From Mobula hypostoma (lineage: Eukaryota), in contig NC_086097.1 of assembly GCF_963921235.1 (NCBI RefSeq), positions 197,038,001-197,102,000 of the forward strand: a stretch of DNA of 64,000 nt. The letters run 5' to 3'. The notes beneath the pieces are model-generated. The model saw nothing but the letters and a program-made list of their open reading frames with translations, made no database searches and had not been told where the DNA came from. Shown piece after piece: positions 37,314 to 50,264 of the stretch (position 1 is its first letter; each line of letters begins with the position of its first letter). Made by a program: the position numbers and the translations under genes.

Positions 37314-38467
37314 TCAGACAAAAATGGAACAGCACTTTGAAATGTCTTTTTTGTAATGGCAATTGAGTAGCTACCTAAAATATTTTATCTCTACTGGTAT
37401 AGCAGAGATTTGCTTCTGGGTTCATGGACCGGAAAGGCCTTGCTTGGAAGTGTAGATCACTGTGAAGCATGGGAAAAGGAATAATTGAGTCATATTGAAG
37501 AAGGTAAAATGAATGGTGGTATATGCAACCATAGAATAGCTGAGGTTAGCACAGTTGTATATGCACAACGTATATCTTGGAAAAAGCACGGTTTAACAAG
37601 GACAATTAAATGTAATTTGTCACCGAAGTATGTTAGAGCGGTGCACAGTTATGCCTTAGTAAATTTGTGATACAATTTAAAATTCTCATTTTATTCAAAT
37701 CCGGTTGCAGAACTGCATTGTTTCATTTCTGGCTTCTTTGCACCCCCATTTCTTTTGCCCATCTCTGCTCAAAGGTGACTATGTCTTCAGCACAATGTCA
37801 TGATAACTTGTATGTAAAGGACTTCAAACAGGTGGATACTAAAAGTTTGAGCACATCAACTGTCTACATTGTGCATTTTCATATTTTTTCATTGAAACAG
37901 TCATTAATGTTTCAGCAGTGTGTTCAGTGCTGGCACAGCATAGCAAAGCACGTTTTATATCTTCAAGCCACAGGAACCAGTTGATCTGTACATATTAAAA
38001 TAAAACTGAGATTATTTGAATTATATCCTTTATCATCAGTATGTACCTCCAAGGGAGAATTCAACTAAATCAAATAACTTTTCATTTCTAAACTTCTAAT
38101 CCCATTTCCCCACTATTAGAAAATATGAACTGATCATATTTATGTGCATACTTCCCTCAACTTGGAAGCTAAAAGTAATCAGTCACATCTATCCATTAAT
38201 TCAAATAGAAAAGTGTGCTAAGAGGGTTAAGAATTACACAAGATGGCTGCAATTTTAATGAGGCAACAATTCCTTACCATTGCAAAAGTATGGAGAGTTT
38301 GGGTCAGGAACACAAAAATCAACGGAATCGGTGCAAGAAGAAATTGCTGTATTACAGAAAACGGTTTATATTAGAAAACTTGTAAAATTTACTGCCTCAT
38401 TATTTGAAATAAAACAGTAAAAAAGAAAACAAGGTCAATTTATACACTTGTTTACTTCAGTTAATAA

Positions 38468-38760
38468 CTAGCTGATGTTATCAGCCTCATTTGTCAAGAT
38501 TTCTGCAAGTTCAGTTAAACCAGCATCAATCAACGCAGACAAAAAATTCTCCACTGTTGCTTGCAGTCCCTCCCGATCATGCCAAGCAACTAGCAGCAAC
38601 CTAGCACGCATCTTCACATCCTCACTATCAGATTCGATTCCACAGATGTCAGACTCCTTCATTTCAAAGTGGGGTGCCAATACTTTCCACTGTTCTCCAA
38701 GCTTGTTGGCAAATATATCTATCTGTTCATCTGTTACAAGCTTAGTGTGCAAATCAGGAC
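38468..38760 (-). CDS. THOC1: THO complex subunit 1, last exon (death domain; human exon 21 equivalent)
   Basis: AG acceptor at 38761-38762; (S)PDLHTKLVTDEQIDIFANKLGEQWKVLAP...RLLLVAWHDREG...NIS*. Confidence 0.96.
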
Positions 38761-41042
38761 CTAAAAATAAAGAAAAAAATAATTTACTTATGATAATCCA
38801 ATTTGTACCAAGTTAAACAAAAACTTTAAGCTAGATCAACTAATTAGTGGAGAATAAAACACTAAGGCAATAATATTCCCAAATAATTATTATAAACACT
38901 TGCTAGTTATCTTGTAGGAAAATGGTGAGTGAATTGCAGCCTCTCTTCCTTTCTTCAAATAAAAATGATTGTATATGACACAACATGCTTCAACTTGAAT
39001 TGTTAGTACAGGGCTCTCTACCTTGAATTTGTCATCTTGGATACTTCTGCCAAAGTTCTATTTTCTAAAAAAGACTCGCTCTGCTCTTTCTTTATACTAT
39101 TGTTTTTCTTGCAGCTAACATCATACATTCATTACTTGGCCAACATTTATTTAAAATAAATTCTCAACTCACTAAAAGGATCATAGACTTGTACATTTAT
39201 ATTTCTATACAGTGAAATTTTTGCTGTTAGTTCTAAGTGTTTGTAGTCTAGAGATAAAATGATTCTGCTGAAGCAAATGGTTGAAAATTTTCACTTTACA
39301 ACAGTTGGAGCTTGCATTTGAGAAGTGCCTCATTGGGTACACAAGGAACAACCCCCTAACTTGGCAAGTGTAAAGGACTCTCTGTAAAGATTGACAATGA
39401 TTAATTATGGAATATGGAGCTGCAACTACAATTTAAGAGTATCACAAGTCAGTAATTGAAGGTAAGAAAACCTGCAGATACTGGAAATCTGAAAAGGAAC
39501 ACAGCTGTTTTTCTGATTTTTACAGTAAAAGTGAATTCTGCAAGAAAAAAATCTGCTAAAGGATCTCCAAATATCAAGCAGCATCTGTGGAAACCCTGTA
39601 TCGACCTGACCTGTCAACTATTCCCTTGCTTCCAGCTACTGCACGACTGCTGAGTTCCTCCAGCAGTTTGTTTTTAGCTCCAGACTTTGGCATCCGATTG
39701 TTCGGAAATCAGGTGGTTCAGGATCTGTCTTACTCATTAGTTCAGACTGCAAGTAAGGTATATCGCCAGAGCCGCAGGAGTGGGATTCCCAAGTCATACA
39801 GCACAGAAGCAGGCCCTTTGGCCCAGCTCTACTAATCTTATTTATTTAGTCTGTAGCCATGGTACCAAGTGCTTTTATATTTCCCATTCTGTTTAAACTC
39901 AACAGGTTAATTGGAAAACTTATTAAGCTACCATGCAACAGAAGTGTGAAACACATTATTGATTAAGAGTAAAATCCAATAACTAAGTAAGTTTTATAGT
40001 CTGGATCCAAAGTGCTAAGGATGCTGAATTTGAGTTTTATAATACAGTATAGTACTTAGTAGTACAATAAATTTTCCAGCGAAATCTGAATTTAAAGAGA
40101 ACGGGCAATACATAGCTCCCCGATTACACATCAAGCCCACTGTCTCTGCGCTCTGCCATGCAACCTTCCGCATTCCAGACTGCTAGCTCACATTCTAAAT
40201 GGGTGAATGAGCCAGGAGCAGGACCATCAGGATTTCTGAACAATTAATGCTAAAATATATGTATTTCGTAAGATCCTAATTTCTTTATTCCCTCTGTAAA
40301 TATCATGGAGTCTGTTATTAGTAATGAAGTCTTTGAACCAGTGAACCTACAAAATAATGTCTACTACCAATAGTCTATTCATTCTTCTGTGATTTAAAAA
40401 ACTCTATTTGAAGGACTTGCATTTGGACAACCTCAGGCTGCTTCCAACAACTTTACTGCCATTAAGATACCAGCAATGATACAGAACAAAGACAGAATCT
40501 TAATTTTACTCCAATAAATTCTACAAATTAAAGTAAATTGACCTCTCAGTCTGTATCAGTTATTCATCTATAATATTAGCTCAGCTTGACTAAGTCCTCC
40601 TACATTGCGCAACTCCCACATTGCTTTGTCTATGCGTACACCCTTGCATTCATTCATTGACCAGATGACCTTGTTTACAGCTTTTCCCCGTAGTCACCTT
40701 GGTTTTAATATGACATTCCCTCTACTCCCTAGAGTTTTACAAGCTTTTGTTTCCTTAGTTCTAATGAAAGGTCTCGGACTATTCTGTTTTTGCAGTTACA
40801 GCCTGACCTGCTTTCCTCCAACATTTTCTATTTTTTTTTAAGATGTCCAGCAACTGTAGAATTTTTTTAAATGTACATCTTTAAATACAAATTGTTCAAG
40901 GTGATGTCTTTGTTATTGACTGCCGAACCACAGCTCTGTTGCTTCTCAGTAACTGCTACCTAGCTTTATTATTCCCAGGTATAGTTTTCAATGTTCCTTC
41001 CTGACCCAAATTAAAGAACTGCTTGTGAACTAGATTCAAACC

Positions 41043-41170
41043 AAACACGAGAAAATCTGCTGGAATTTCAAGCAACACACATAGAAGTTGCTGGTGAATG
41101 CAGCAGGCCAGGCAGCATCTCTGGGAAGAGGTATAGTTGATGATTCGGGCTGAGACCCTTCATCCTGATG
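41043..41170 (-). mobile_element. Decayed Penelope-like pLTR fragment with a short inverted stub
   Basis: GCAACACACATAGAAGTTGCTGGTGAATGCAGCAGGCCAGG...GAGACCCTTCATC|CTGATGG. Confidence 0.8.
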
Positions 41171-44100
41171 GAGTTTCAAAAGTTTATTTTATTCTGAGTT
41201 CATTCATCCTTGCCACATGACAGGTTATCTTCCCTTTATTCCAACATCATTGCTGCCTTTATTATCTTTCTCAGTGCCCACAAAATCATGAATCACATTT
41301 TCCTCATCAGAACAACTGAGGTTATGAATTATATCTTCTGTGTAGACCATTAAGTATTTGATCAGTTTACTATGCTACCTTCTTTACTGGAACCATTCAA
41401 TAACTGGCATTGCTCTAACTCTATGGGACATAATAAATGACTGTGATTACTGATGGAACCCACGTAAGGAACATGTTGTCCCTTGCTCATTGCACCAATC
41501 TATTCATGGCAGATGCATCAGTGAAGGAGAGTAATGGCAGAGGTCAACGTTGCACAGTACATCTGAAATTTAAGTCCCCTTCTTTCCATCCAAGAACACC
41601 CTCAATTGTACTTGAAAATCATGTTAAGTTTGCCAATTCAAAACTGGCAGTCGTTCATCCCTGTGAACCATTAGAATAAATAATGTGTACCACCACAATC
41701 TGCATGCAATTCCCCTACTCTACATCTACCTTCAAGCAACTTGCCCTGGTTCAGAGAGTGCAGCATCAAGCAAACTTAGAACATAAAGCCCCAACTTGAT
41801 GCTTCAACACAAAAGTCAGTGTGCAATTGTCAGCTAAGCAACCCAATACTGGAGCATCAGCTCAAGTCAATCCTGCCAGATCTGGCTGTGAATGTTGCAG
41901 AAGATTAACCAGCTAACAGAAGGAACATTAATTCCAGAGACACGGTGGAAAAGTGCTGGAAATGACAATTTTTAAAAACAGCCTAATCATCGTCTCTTCA
42001 ATGGTTTCAATTTTGTTTTAAAATTTTTTTTTTTTTTTTTTTACTATGATTTCTGAACGTCTAATTGGGAATTTAACTTTGTCACCTATTTAAAATTTTG
42101 TTTGTGGCTTGGCTTGCTCCCCAACCCTACCCTGCCCAAGCCTCCCCTTCATCCCATGAGATGGCAATTAAATTGGCAAGACATTACCACTATGATTCAG
42201 CTTTTGAAAGGAAGGCTGGCAGGGAATTTACACAATTGAATCAGAGACAACACAATGCTTAGTACTGTCCAAAAATCCAGGCCCATGTTGTTAATAATCT
42301 GCTTGGATGATGTTCTTAAAAGTAACAGATTAAGTGACAGCCCTAATTTCTTCATCGACAAATGCAGGCAAGTGGCTCAAGCTTCACTCGAAATTCTAGT
42401 GTTCACCAATCCTCTAAGGACATTTCCACAGAAATGGCTCAGCTTTCCCAGGCATGCTTACACAATGGAACTCCTTTCAACAGCTTAAGCCTGGAAAACT
42501 GTTCATCTGAAACTAGGGCTGAAAAATGTCAATACATTCCTCTATTCATCATCACCACCAGTCCCAGCTAGAAACTCCACATCCTTCCTTCAGCTCTGTT
42601 CCCCAGTTCCTTATCTATTTTCATCACTTTCTCAGGGTTGGTTGTTAATAATCTTAGCATGCTATTAATCTCTAACAGAGTGGATTTGAAACTCATCATT
42701 GTAATATCCCCATCTCATTTTCTTATAGACATTATATTTCCTTGCAACTGCCTTCCCACCTTTGGCAACCAATTCAGTCCTAATCTCTGGTACTTCAGAA
42801 ACCATGTGCTTGATTTCTCTCTTCACCTTTAAAATGATATCTAAAACCTACCTTTTATCACTCTATACTCATCAGTACTCCTCATACCAATTTGAAAAAG
42901 ATGTTTCTTCATGAAAAAATATTGTTGCTTCTTTGAAGGAATTCAAGAAAGTACTCCAACAGCTTTAGAATAGGTTCTTCTACTTACTGTAGTATAACTA
43001 ATCACCTGCATATTACATTGGAATGGATGCAGAAAGGATGAATCTATAATGACATCTTGCATGCTTCAACAAATGACTTACTGATATGAAAATGTATGAT
43101 TTTAAGTTTAAACATTTTAAGGAAAACTCCAGAAACAGCATACTGCCAGTTCTGAAAACCCCAAACCTTTTGTAAAGAAATGTTAATTATAAATGCCCAA
43201 TGTTCCTGTCACCTATACCTGGAGTCAGTTTTAGGAAATGAAAATCCTGATTACGTACATTATATGATATCTAGGGGATGCTTCTCCCTAAATGCACTCA
43301 ATCTTGAAGGCCAGTGGATGCCAGATGACTGATTCCCTTTAGCACCCTAAAATATCGGTGTCAGTTCTGAATGTATCCGTAGCTATGCGCCTGGTGGGAA
43401 AGCGGACAAGGTGCAAGGTCAGCCATGAACTTCTCGAAAATCAGACAAACTCAAGGGGCTACATGGTCTATTCTTATTTTAGTTGGTCTTATTTCCTTTC
43501 AGTTTTAGTTTTTAAACTTCTAATAGGCCTGATGAGGTAGTATGGCACATGAAGGTCACAGATCTCAACAGGAGGAATGTTTCCCAGGACCCCATAAACA
43601 ATATAAAAGTGCCTTCAAAATGGATTTTTCTACCTACCTGATTGCAACCATTAACTGCTGGGGAGAGGTCTTTAGCAGCCTTTTGTCACCAGACGATGAT
43701 GTCAGGTAGCCTGCTGTTGTTGGCTGAAATACATGGGAAACTAGAAATGTCAATATTGGAGTTTGTTTTTTTAAAAAAATGATTTCATGAAATATTTTAA
43801 AATATTTTTTGAGAAGTGCATCTGTTTGTCACTTTTATGATTAACAAATGCATGTTCTGACTTTTTCCATTTACTGACTTGCAATTCCTAACTCTGAGTG
43901 ATTTTCTAACTTTTATGATCCATACAACTGAAACTCTCTACCTCCAGGCTCATCATGTTTAATGATGCTCTGGTTAAGCACTGCTGGTTAATTAAGTATG
44001 AAATTTACACTGCAACCTATGTATGGTGAACAGATTGATCCTGGTCTTCTTAGTAGTAAAATGTCATTTGAAACCAGAACAGTGATCACATACCACAACA

Positions 44101-45617
44101 AAGTACCTTAATAATGGATTCCAACTGTAATAATTTTGAACAATGTCAAGATATATATTTAAAATCTAGCTTAATTTCACACAAAATAGTAGCATTCATA
44201 CTTCTTAATTAAAAAGGGTCAGTCTGTCAAAGAAATTTTTACTATTGCTCAAATGATTTTTAAAAGAATACTCATAGAATCACAGCAGTCATTAATGCAA
44301 GGAAGTGCAATTATAAAAACTCCTCCTCAATTGGTTTGAGTGATGAATTACTGGAGCTATTCAAGAATTCCACCTAACTCAGCAGTAGCAACAACTTTCC
44401 TCAATGACCATCCATAAATATAATTTTTCTTGCCTCACTGATGTTGGGCTCAGCTATGATCAAAAGTCATGCTGAATCTGTGAGCTCCCACTACCATAAT
44501 GAAAGCAGTTGATAGACACAGTATTTGAAAATGCAGGAGTTAGTGTGAATCGTCAGTGATGCTCTGCACCTCCTTTGGATGCTACTGTATTGTTTTTGCA
44601 TCAATCTCCTGTTAATCACCAGAAATCAATGCAAGAATGAGAATTCAAGATAATCACTCATGCAAAAAAGACCATGTAAAATATTACTTTGTTGCAGAAG
44701 GTGAATAAGCTTTTAATTCCAAACAAGTCAAGAATTAAAATATAGCCTAATGCTAAAAGAGCCAATTATTCATGTATGGATTCTATTTTTATTTCAAAAT
44801 ACTGTACTTAATATGAAAACAACGTTTTGAAATGGATGACACACAGGAGACTAGTGCTTTGTTAAAGCTGCAGATTGTTTAGTATTTTGAAAATGTCGTC
44901 TTGTTGTGAATTCATTCTAATGCTTATTTTTGCTTTGTAAAATGCTTAAGTTACATTTACTTGCACATTTACTTCCATATTTGCCATCTAAGCTCATAAT
45001 CACCTAAATGAAAGATTTTTGTTGCTGCTAACCTTTCTGTTGATATCACCTTTGCTAGATCCCAGATCTTCCCTTAATGACCAAAAGCTACCATCATTAA
45101 GAAAAGAAATCCATACCATGAAGATAAACAATGAAGATTATCAGATCTCTATGAGCAGATTTCTTTGAGATCAAGCACGGTGGTGTTAACTGCAAAATCC
45201 AGGCCCATATTTATAACATTCATGAATCTCCTAAATTTCCATGTATTTTTCAGCCAGCAACAGACTACCTTCCATTTTCATATGGTAACAACTAATTTTC
45301 TGGGAAATTAGTGGCTAATAATAAATCAGTGAAAGATTCACAATTAAATAGTATGTATATTCTCTTGGAACTAGCAAAACTTGTGGTAAAGTATGCTGTT
45401 TGAGTTTGGAGTTTTCCTTTAATGTTTCTCCTTTCCTTTTCATAAGTATTATTCATGCATTCCTTGGATTATTATCAATGCTACCAACTCTGGGGAGAGG
45501 GACTGGAGGAAAAACACTGAAGAATTAGTTATATTCACAGGTCCCACATCTGATATAAAAATGCTGAGTAGCATTGAACTTTTAATACATTTCATGGAAT
45601 ATCCGAATCTTACTTAC

Positions 45618-45702
45618 TTTCATTGCTTTCTTTCAGCAATGCATCATCATTGTCTTCTTCCTCATCTTCATCTTCTGCTGTCTTTATTTCTTCAGATGGA
45701 GG
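45618..45702 (-). CDS. THOC1: THOC1 exon (exon 20 equivalent, acidic linker)
   Basis: 85 bp, AG/GT; PPSEEIKTAEDEDEEEDNDDALLKESNE. Confidence 0.95.
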
Positions 45703-46227
45703 CTGGAAGCAATCAGAAGCGTTATTTTTAGACAAGCAATTCAAATTTGAATGACTCCTTTATCCCTGGGAGTTTGCCATTAAATCTCTTCTATCATAAA
45801 TTCTGCATGTCATTCATAATTAAGAACAACTTCTTTAATAAGCAAATGTGAAACTAGGACTTCTGTCACCAGCACTCATCATCTCATTTAGCCTTTTCTT
45901 CAATCACATTCACAAGGCTTCTATTTTTCATGCAGTGATTTCAAATTTCTTTCACCTTTTCTTCTCTATTTCAATAGCTATACTTACCTTTCATTTTCAT
46001 TACAATCTCATGTTAATTCTTTTCATACTGCACTCCAATTACAACTATTTTAGTGTTTGCCAATTTGGCTGGAAATCGAACTTTTCTTCAGGCCTCTCCG
46101 ATGCAATACCTATGCAGATACTGCTTTAAACCTTCAATTTACTCTGACCAAGATCTCTGCCCTCAGCCCCTAAATATTTAGTGAAGTGCTTTGTGTTCTT
46201 TTTGTTTGAAAGTATTACAAATGGAGA

Positions 46228-47275
46228 TGGGACAGTCGTGTAGCAGTTAGCACCAGCAACTGAGTTTCAATTGCCGCTGCTGTCCCAGAGGAATTTGTAC
46301 ATTCTCTCCATAACTGTCCGGTGTTGGCCAGAGAAACTACAATCTACAAATCAGCTTATAGGAATGAGGTAAGGGCAGTGGAAATAGATAAAGCAAAGTT
46401 CTTTGTTCTTACCATGTGGTTGCAGGAATGGAAGTGGCCATTTTGATAACTGTTTAGTGAACAGGCTCTTGCCCAGGGATGACAACTGAATGTAGACACA
46501 AAGAGTTTCTGCTGATGATCTGCTAAACATGAGACCATTCTTAGATAATAAGCTGTCTATTATTTAAAGTGGGAGACATGCAGAAGGAACAGCCAGTGAC
46601 CTGCTCGTCTGTGCCCAGTATTTGGCTGACCTTGTTTTAAACCAGTCTGAAATGGACAGAACAAAAGGCACTACCAAGGTCACAAGGATGGAAACAGCAA
46701 TAAAGCAATACTGCCTGTAACCTTGGGCCACATCCAATGAGGAGCTAATGCAGGTCTGTCAGATATCCTTGTGCCAATGAAATTGAAATAGATTGATCTG
46801 ACAAGGAAAGAAATATGAATGGAGGATTTTGGGAGCACAGACAGCAACAACTACGGAGATCAACAACTGCAGAAGTGGATCACCCCACATCAGAAATGTG
46901 TAGATTACATTGGGATCAACAAGAATGCCTAGCCAGTATAAACTCCTTTTCTTAGGTATTATGTTTCTTACTGTTCATTGAAGATCAGGGAAACAGAGTG
47001 GGTGTGTACACAGGTACTTAGTTTTGTAAATTCAGGTGTGTTTGTTAGCTGAGCCAATAAAGGTGCCTATCAGTAATTAGAGATCATTATTGAGGATTAA
47101 TACTTGAAGTTAACACTCATCACACTGGGTTTCCTCTGGACGCTCTGATTTCCTCACATTCCAAAGACATACGGGCCAGTAGGTTAATTGGTCACATGGG
47201 TCGAATAGGTTGGCATGAGCTTGTTGGACTGGAAGGGCCTGTAACTGTGCAGTATCTCTAAATAAAAATAAAATA
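46228..47275 (+). mobile_element. HE1-like V-SINE split by a solo LTR
   Basis: Head and TTTGTACATTCTCTCC at 46228-46321 resume as GGGTTTCCTCTGGACGCTCTGATTTCCTCACATTCCAAAGAC at 47127; tail ATCTCTAAATAAAAATAAAA. Confidence 0.75.
46322..47124 (+). mobile_element. Putative solo LTR (803 bp)
   Basis: TG...CA ends; flanks CCGG (46318-46321) and CTGG (47125-47128); TATAAA near 46937 and AATAAA near 47056. Confidence 0.7.
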
Positions 47276-47552
47276 CTTCACTAACTCAAATGATCGTAAC
47301 ATTGAGTAAAAGCAAGATTTTTTTTAAACTTTTGCCAAAACTTAAATCCAACTTAGATTCTGACTGTAGCAAGGGAAGCAGAAGGTGCTTGCAGACACTT
47401 GCTCAATGTTAAACTACTGATGGATTAGATGAATCAGAACATCAGATTCTAAATGAGTGTTATTGAGATGTCTTTTTTTCAATATATGGCAATAAGATAT
47501 TATATATCCATACTGCATAATTAAATCATGAATATGAAGCTGACATACTCAC

Positions 47553-47700
47553 AGGTAATTCCTTAGCCAATTTGATAACCATATTGTCTAGGTACTCAGG
47601 TAAGCTCTTGAACTGCTGATTGGTTGGCTGGAAAAAATGTGGACTTCTTCGAGCTAGCAGCCTTAATGCCCTCCAACCATAATTGGAATTATTTACCACC
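47553..47700 (-). CDS. THOC1: THOC1 exon (exon 19 equivalent)
   Basis: 148 bp, [53 protein letters not shown]. Confidence 0.97.
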
Positions 47701-47806
47701 CTGTGTAATTAAATTAAACACTGTTGGAACGTGAACATATTTTGGATAATCATAATTTTAACTAGTTAAAAGAATTACACCTTTAAGTTTGTGAAATGTA
47801 ACTTAC

Positions 47807-47890
47807 TTATACTCTTCTTCAACCATGTTCTCAGGATCAGCTTGTTCAATAGCTTCTTCAAAAAACTCCTCTAAACTGGGCATAAACTCT
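47807..47890 (-). CDS. THOC1: THOC1 exon (exon 18 equivalent)
   Basis: 84 bp; [27 protein letters not shown]; followed by a 106-bp intron. Confidence 0.97.
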
Positions 47891-48580
47891 CTGAAATTAC
47901 AAACACTAAATTATTAGAAATAAATATATTCACACAAGTCACACAAAACTAAAGTGTAAAGATCAAAATATAAAAATGACTACCAATTATTATTTAAAAT
48001 ATTGTTTGCAGGAATGCAAATATACTTTTGTTCAGGAGATTATAAATTATAGTGCACACTATACACTCAATCACAACAGGAAATGGACCATATGTCAGAA
48101 TTATTTACATTTATGAAGTCTTTATTAATGGGTGTAACTGCTGCCCCTTATTACTTCACATCCTTCATTTAGGACTTCAAAGTCATTAATCAAAAACTAC
48201 AAAGCTGGAGCAGAGCCCATTGTCACAGCAGATCAATGCAGGATCACAGTCATTAATTCCAAATAGACCAAGTGAGGAGACAGAGGGAATGAAGTCGATG
48301 TGGTAGGGTGGAGACAGATTGTCCTGTGATGCAAATGTTGATGCTGTCAAAGATGGGATGATGGATCTTACTAATTACAGCTGATTTAGCTGAAGGAATG
48401 CAAAGTGAGGGCAAGAAAGCAGAAGTTACTCTCTGCACATGTAACTTGATCTGTTACGCATTAGAGTATTACCATTTTTGTTTTTGTTAAATGAAAGGTC
48501 TATTATTCTGATGCATTAACAAGGTTTCTCTCTCCACAGATGTCAAGTATCATCAGTATAACTCACCTTTATTAAAACTA

Positions 48581-48843
48581 CAAACAACAGGAATTCTGCA
48601 GATGCTGGAAATTCAAGCAACACACATAAAAGTTGCTGGTGAACGCAGCAGGCCAGGCAGCAACTCTAGGAAGAGGTGCAGTCGACGTTTCAGGCCGAGA
48701 CCCTTCCCCCTCCAACTTTCAAATCCCTTACTCACTCTTCCTTCAGTTAGTCCTGACGAAGGATCTCGGCCTGAAATGTCTACTGAACCTCTTCCTAGAG
48801 ATGCTGCCTGGCCTGCTGCGTTCACCAGCAACTTTTATGTGTG
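48581..48843. mobile_element. Penelope-like inverted pLTR pair with 13-bp TSD
   Basis: TTTATTAAAACTA at 48568-48580 and 48844-48856; hammerhead motif AGTC-CTGACGA...GAAATGTC-TACT at 48749-48784 (+). Confidence 0.88.
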
Positions 48844-48891
48844 TTTATTAAAACTAACTGCTTTATAAAAGGTAGTTAAACTATCTCTTAC

Positions 48892-48957
48892 CTGCTCTCG
48901 GATTTACATGCCTCCATGTTATCAGGGCAGAGATTCCATAGCCGTGTCAGCTCTTCA
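48892..48957 (-). CDS. THOC1: THOC1 exon (exon 17 equivalent)
   Basis: 66 bp; EELTRLWNLCPDNMEACKSES. Confidence 0.97.
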
Positions 48958-49209
48958 CTGTGGAATTAAAAAAATTACTATTTACTAGATATGAAGTACC
49001 ACCTCATTTACAAAATTCAGAAGCTGATTTGAATACTATAAAATGAGAATAAGTCTTCAAATCGTGCAAAACCTCCAGTAGTAAACCAGAAAATCCGTAA
49101 TAAAAATTGTGGTAGTAAGATGGCTGCAAAAAGTATTTACAATTCACTGCTGTTCCCCTCACGCAGGTCACCAAACTCTGCATAAGATTACCAGCCTTGC
49201 ACTGGATTT

Positions 49210-50110
49210 TACTAAAAGGGATAGAATTCCTCTGGACCTCACTTACCACTCCATGAACCTCCACATTCAATACATCACTCTCTGCAACTTCCGCCATCTT
49301 CAATGGGACACTACCACACATCATATCATTACCTCCCTCATATCTCTGGTTTCCTCAGAGATTGCTCCCTCCATGATTCCTTGTCCATTTGTCCCTGCCC
49401 ATTATCTCCCTCCTGTTACATATCCCTGCAAGCGACAGAAATACGACACCTGCCAATTCGCCTCTTCCATCACCTCTATTCAGAGCCACAAACAGTCCTT
49501 CCAGGTGAGGCCACACTTCACCTGTGAATCTATTGTGATTGTCCACTTATCCAGCGCTCCTGATGCGGCATCCTCTACTTCTGATCCTGATTCTGGTGGG
49601 ACCCAAAGTAAATGGAGAGGGGGGCTGACTGTCGAGCACTTCTGCTCCATCTGCCAAAAGCATAATTTCCTGGTGGCCAAACATTTTAATTCTCATCTCC
49701 ATTCCTGTTCTGACATCCCAGACAATGTCCTCATCTTTTGTCATGAGGAGGACCACTCTCAGGGTGGAGGCATGAACATAGATTTCTCCTTCCGATAATT
49801 TTTCCCCTCCCCCTTCTTCAATTCCCCACTCTGGCCACTTACCTCTTCCTCTCACCTCCCCCAGTGCCCCTCCTCCTTCCCTTTCTCCCATGGCCCACTC
49901 TCCTCTCCTATCACATTCCTTCTCTAGCCCTTTGCCTTATCCAATTATCACCTCCCAGCTTCCTCTTTCTTCCCCCTTCTCCCACCCACCTGGCTTCACC
50001 TATTAACTTCTAATTTGTCCTCTTGCCCCTTCCTCCCCCCTCCCACCTTCTTATTCTGGCATTTTCATCCTTCACTTCCAGTCCTGATGAAGGGCCTCAG
50101 CCTGAAAGTG
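49210..50110 (+). mobile_element. Decayed Penelope-like element 3' part (linker and GIY-YIG endonuclease remnant, pyrimidine tract, hammerhead core)
   Basis: ORF 49109-49798 has RIPLDLTYH, HFTCES, EH..SI, VAKHFNS, GMNIDFS; AGTC-CTGATGA-AGGGCCTCAGCCT-GAAA at 50080-50107. Confidence 0.8.
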
Positions 50111-50264
50111 GATTTCAGATGGCATTAGATTTTACAGCACTTTAGATTTTTTTTGTTAACCATAAGGTAATCTTTCAAGGCTCAAGGAAAAGATTTAAAG
50201 AACAGCTTTCTTGACATCATTTTAGAAACTACAGTAAGCACCTGGTTGTGTGGAGGATCAGAGA

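Noticed and set aside
42024..42042. Poly-T run as a retrocopy tail
   Set aside because: No TSD or recognisable adjacent element
42430..42555. Intronic C/D snoRNA on the THOC1 strand
   Set aside because: A C-box-like GTGATGA is present but there is no well-placed D box or terminal stem
49109..49798. 229-aa ORF as a host or domesticated gene
   Set aside because: Mosaic of in-frame and out-of-frame PLE remnants with the YIG motif lost
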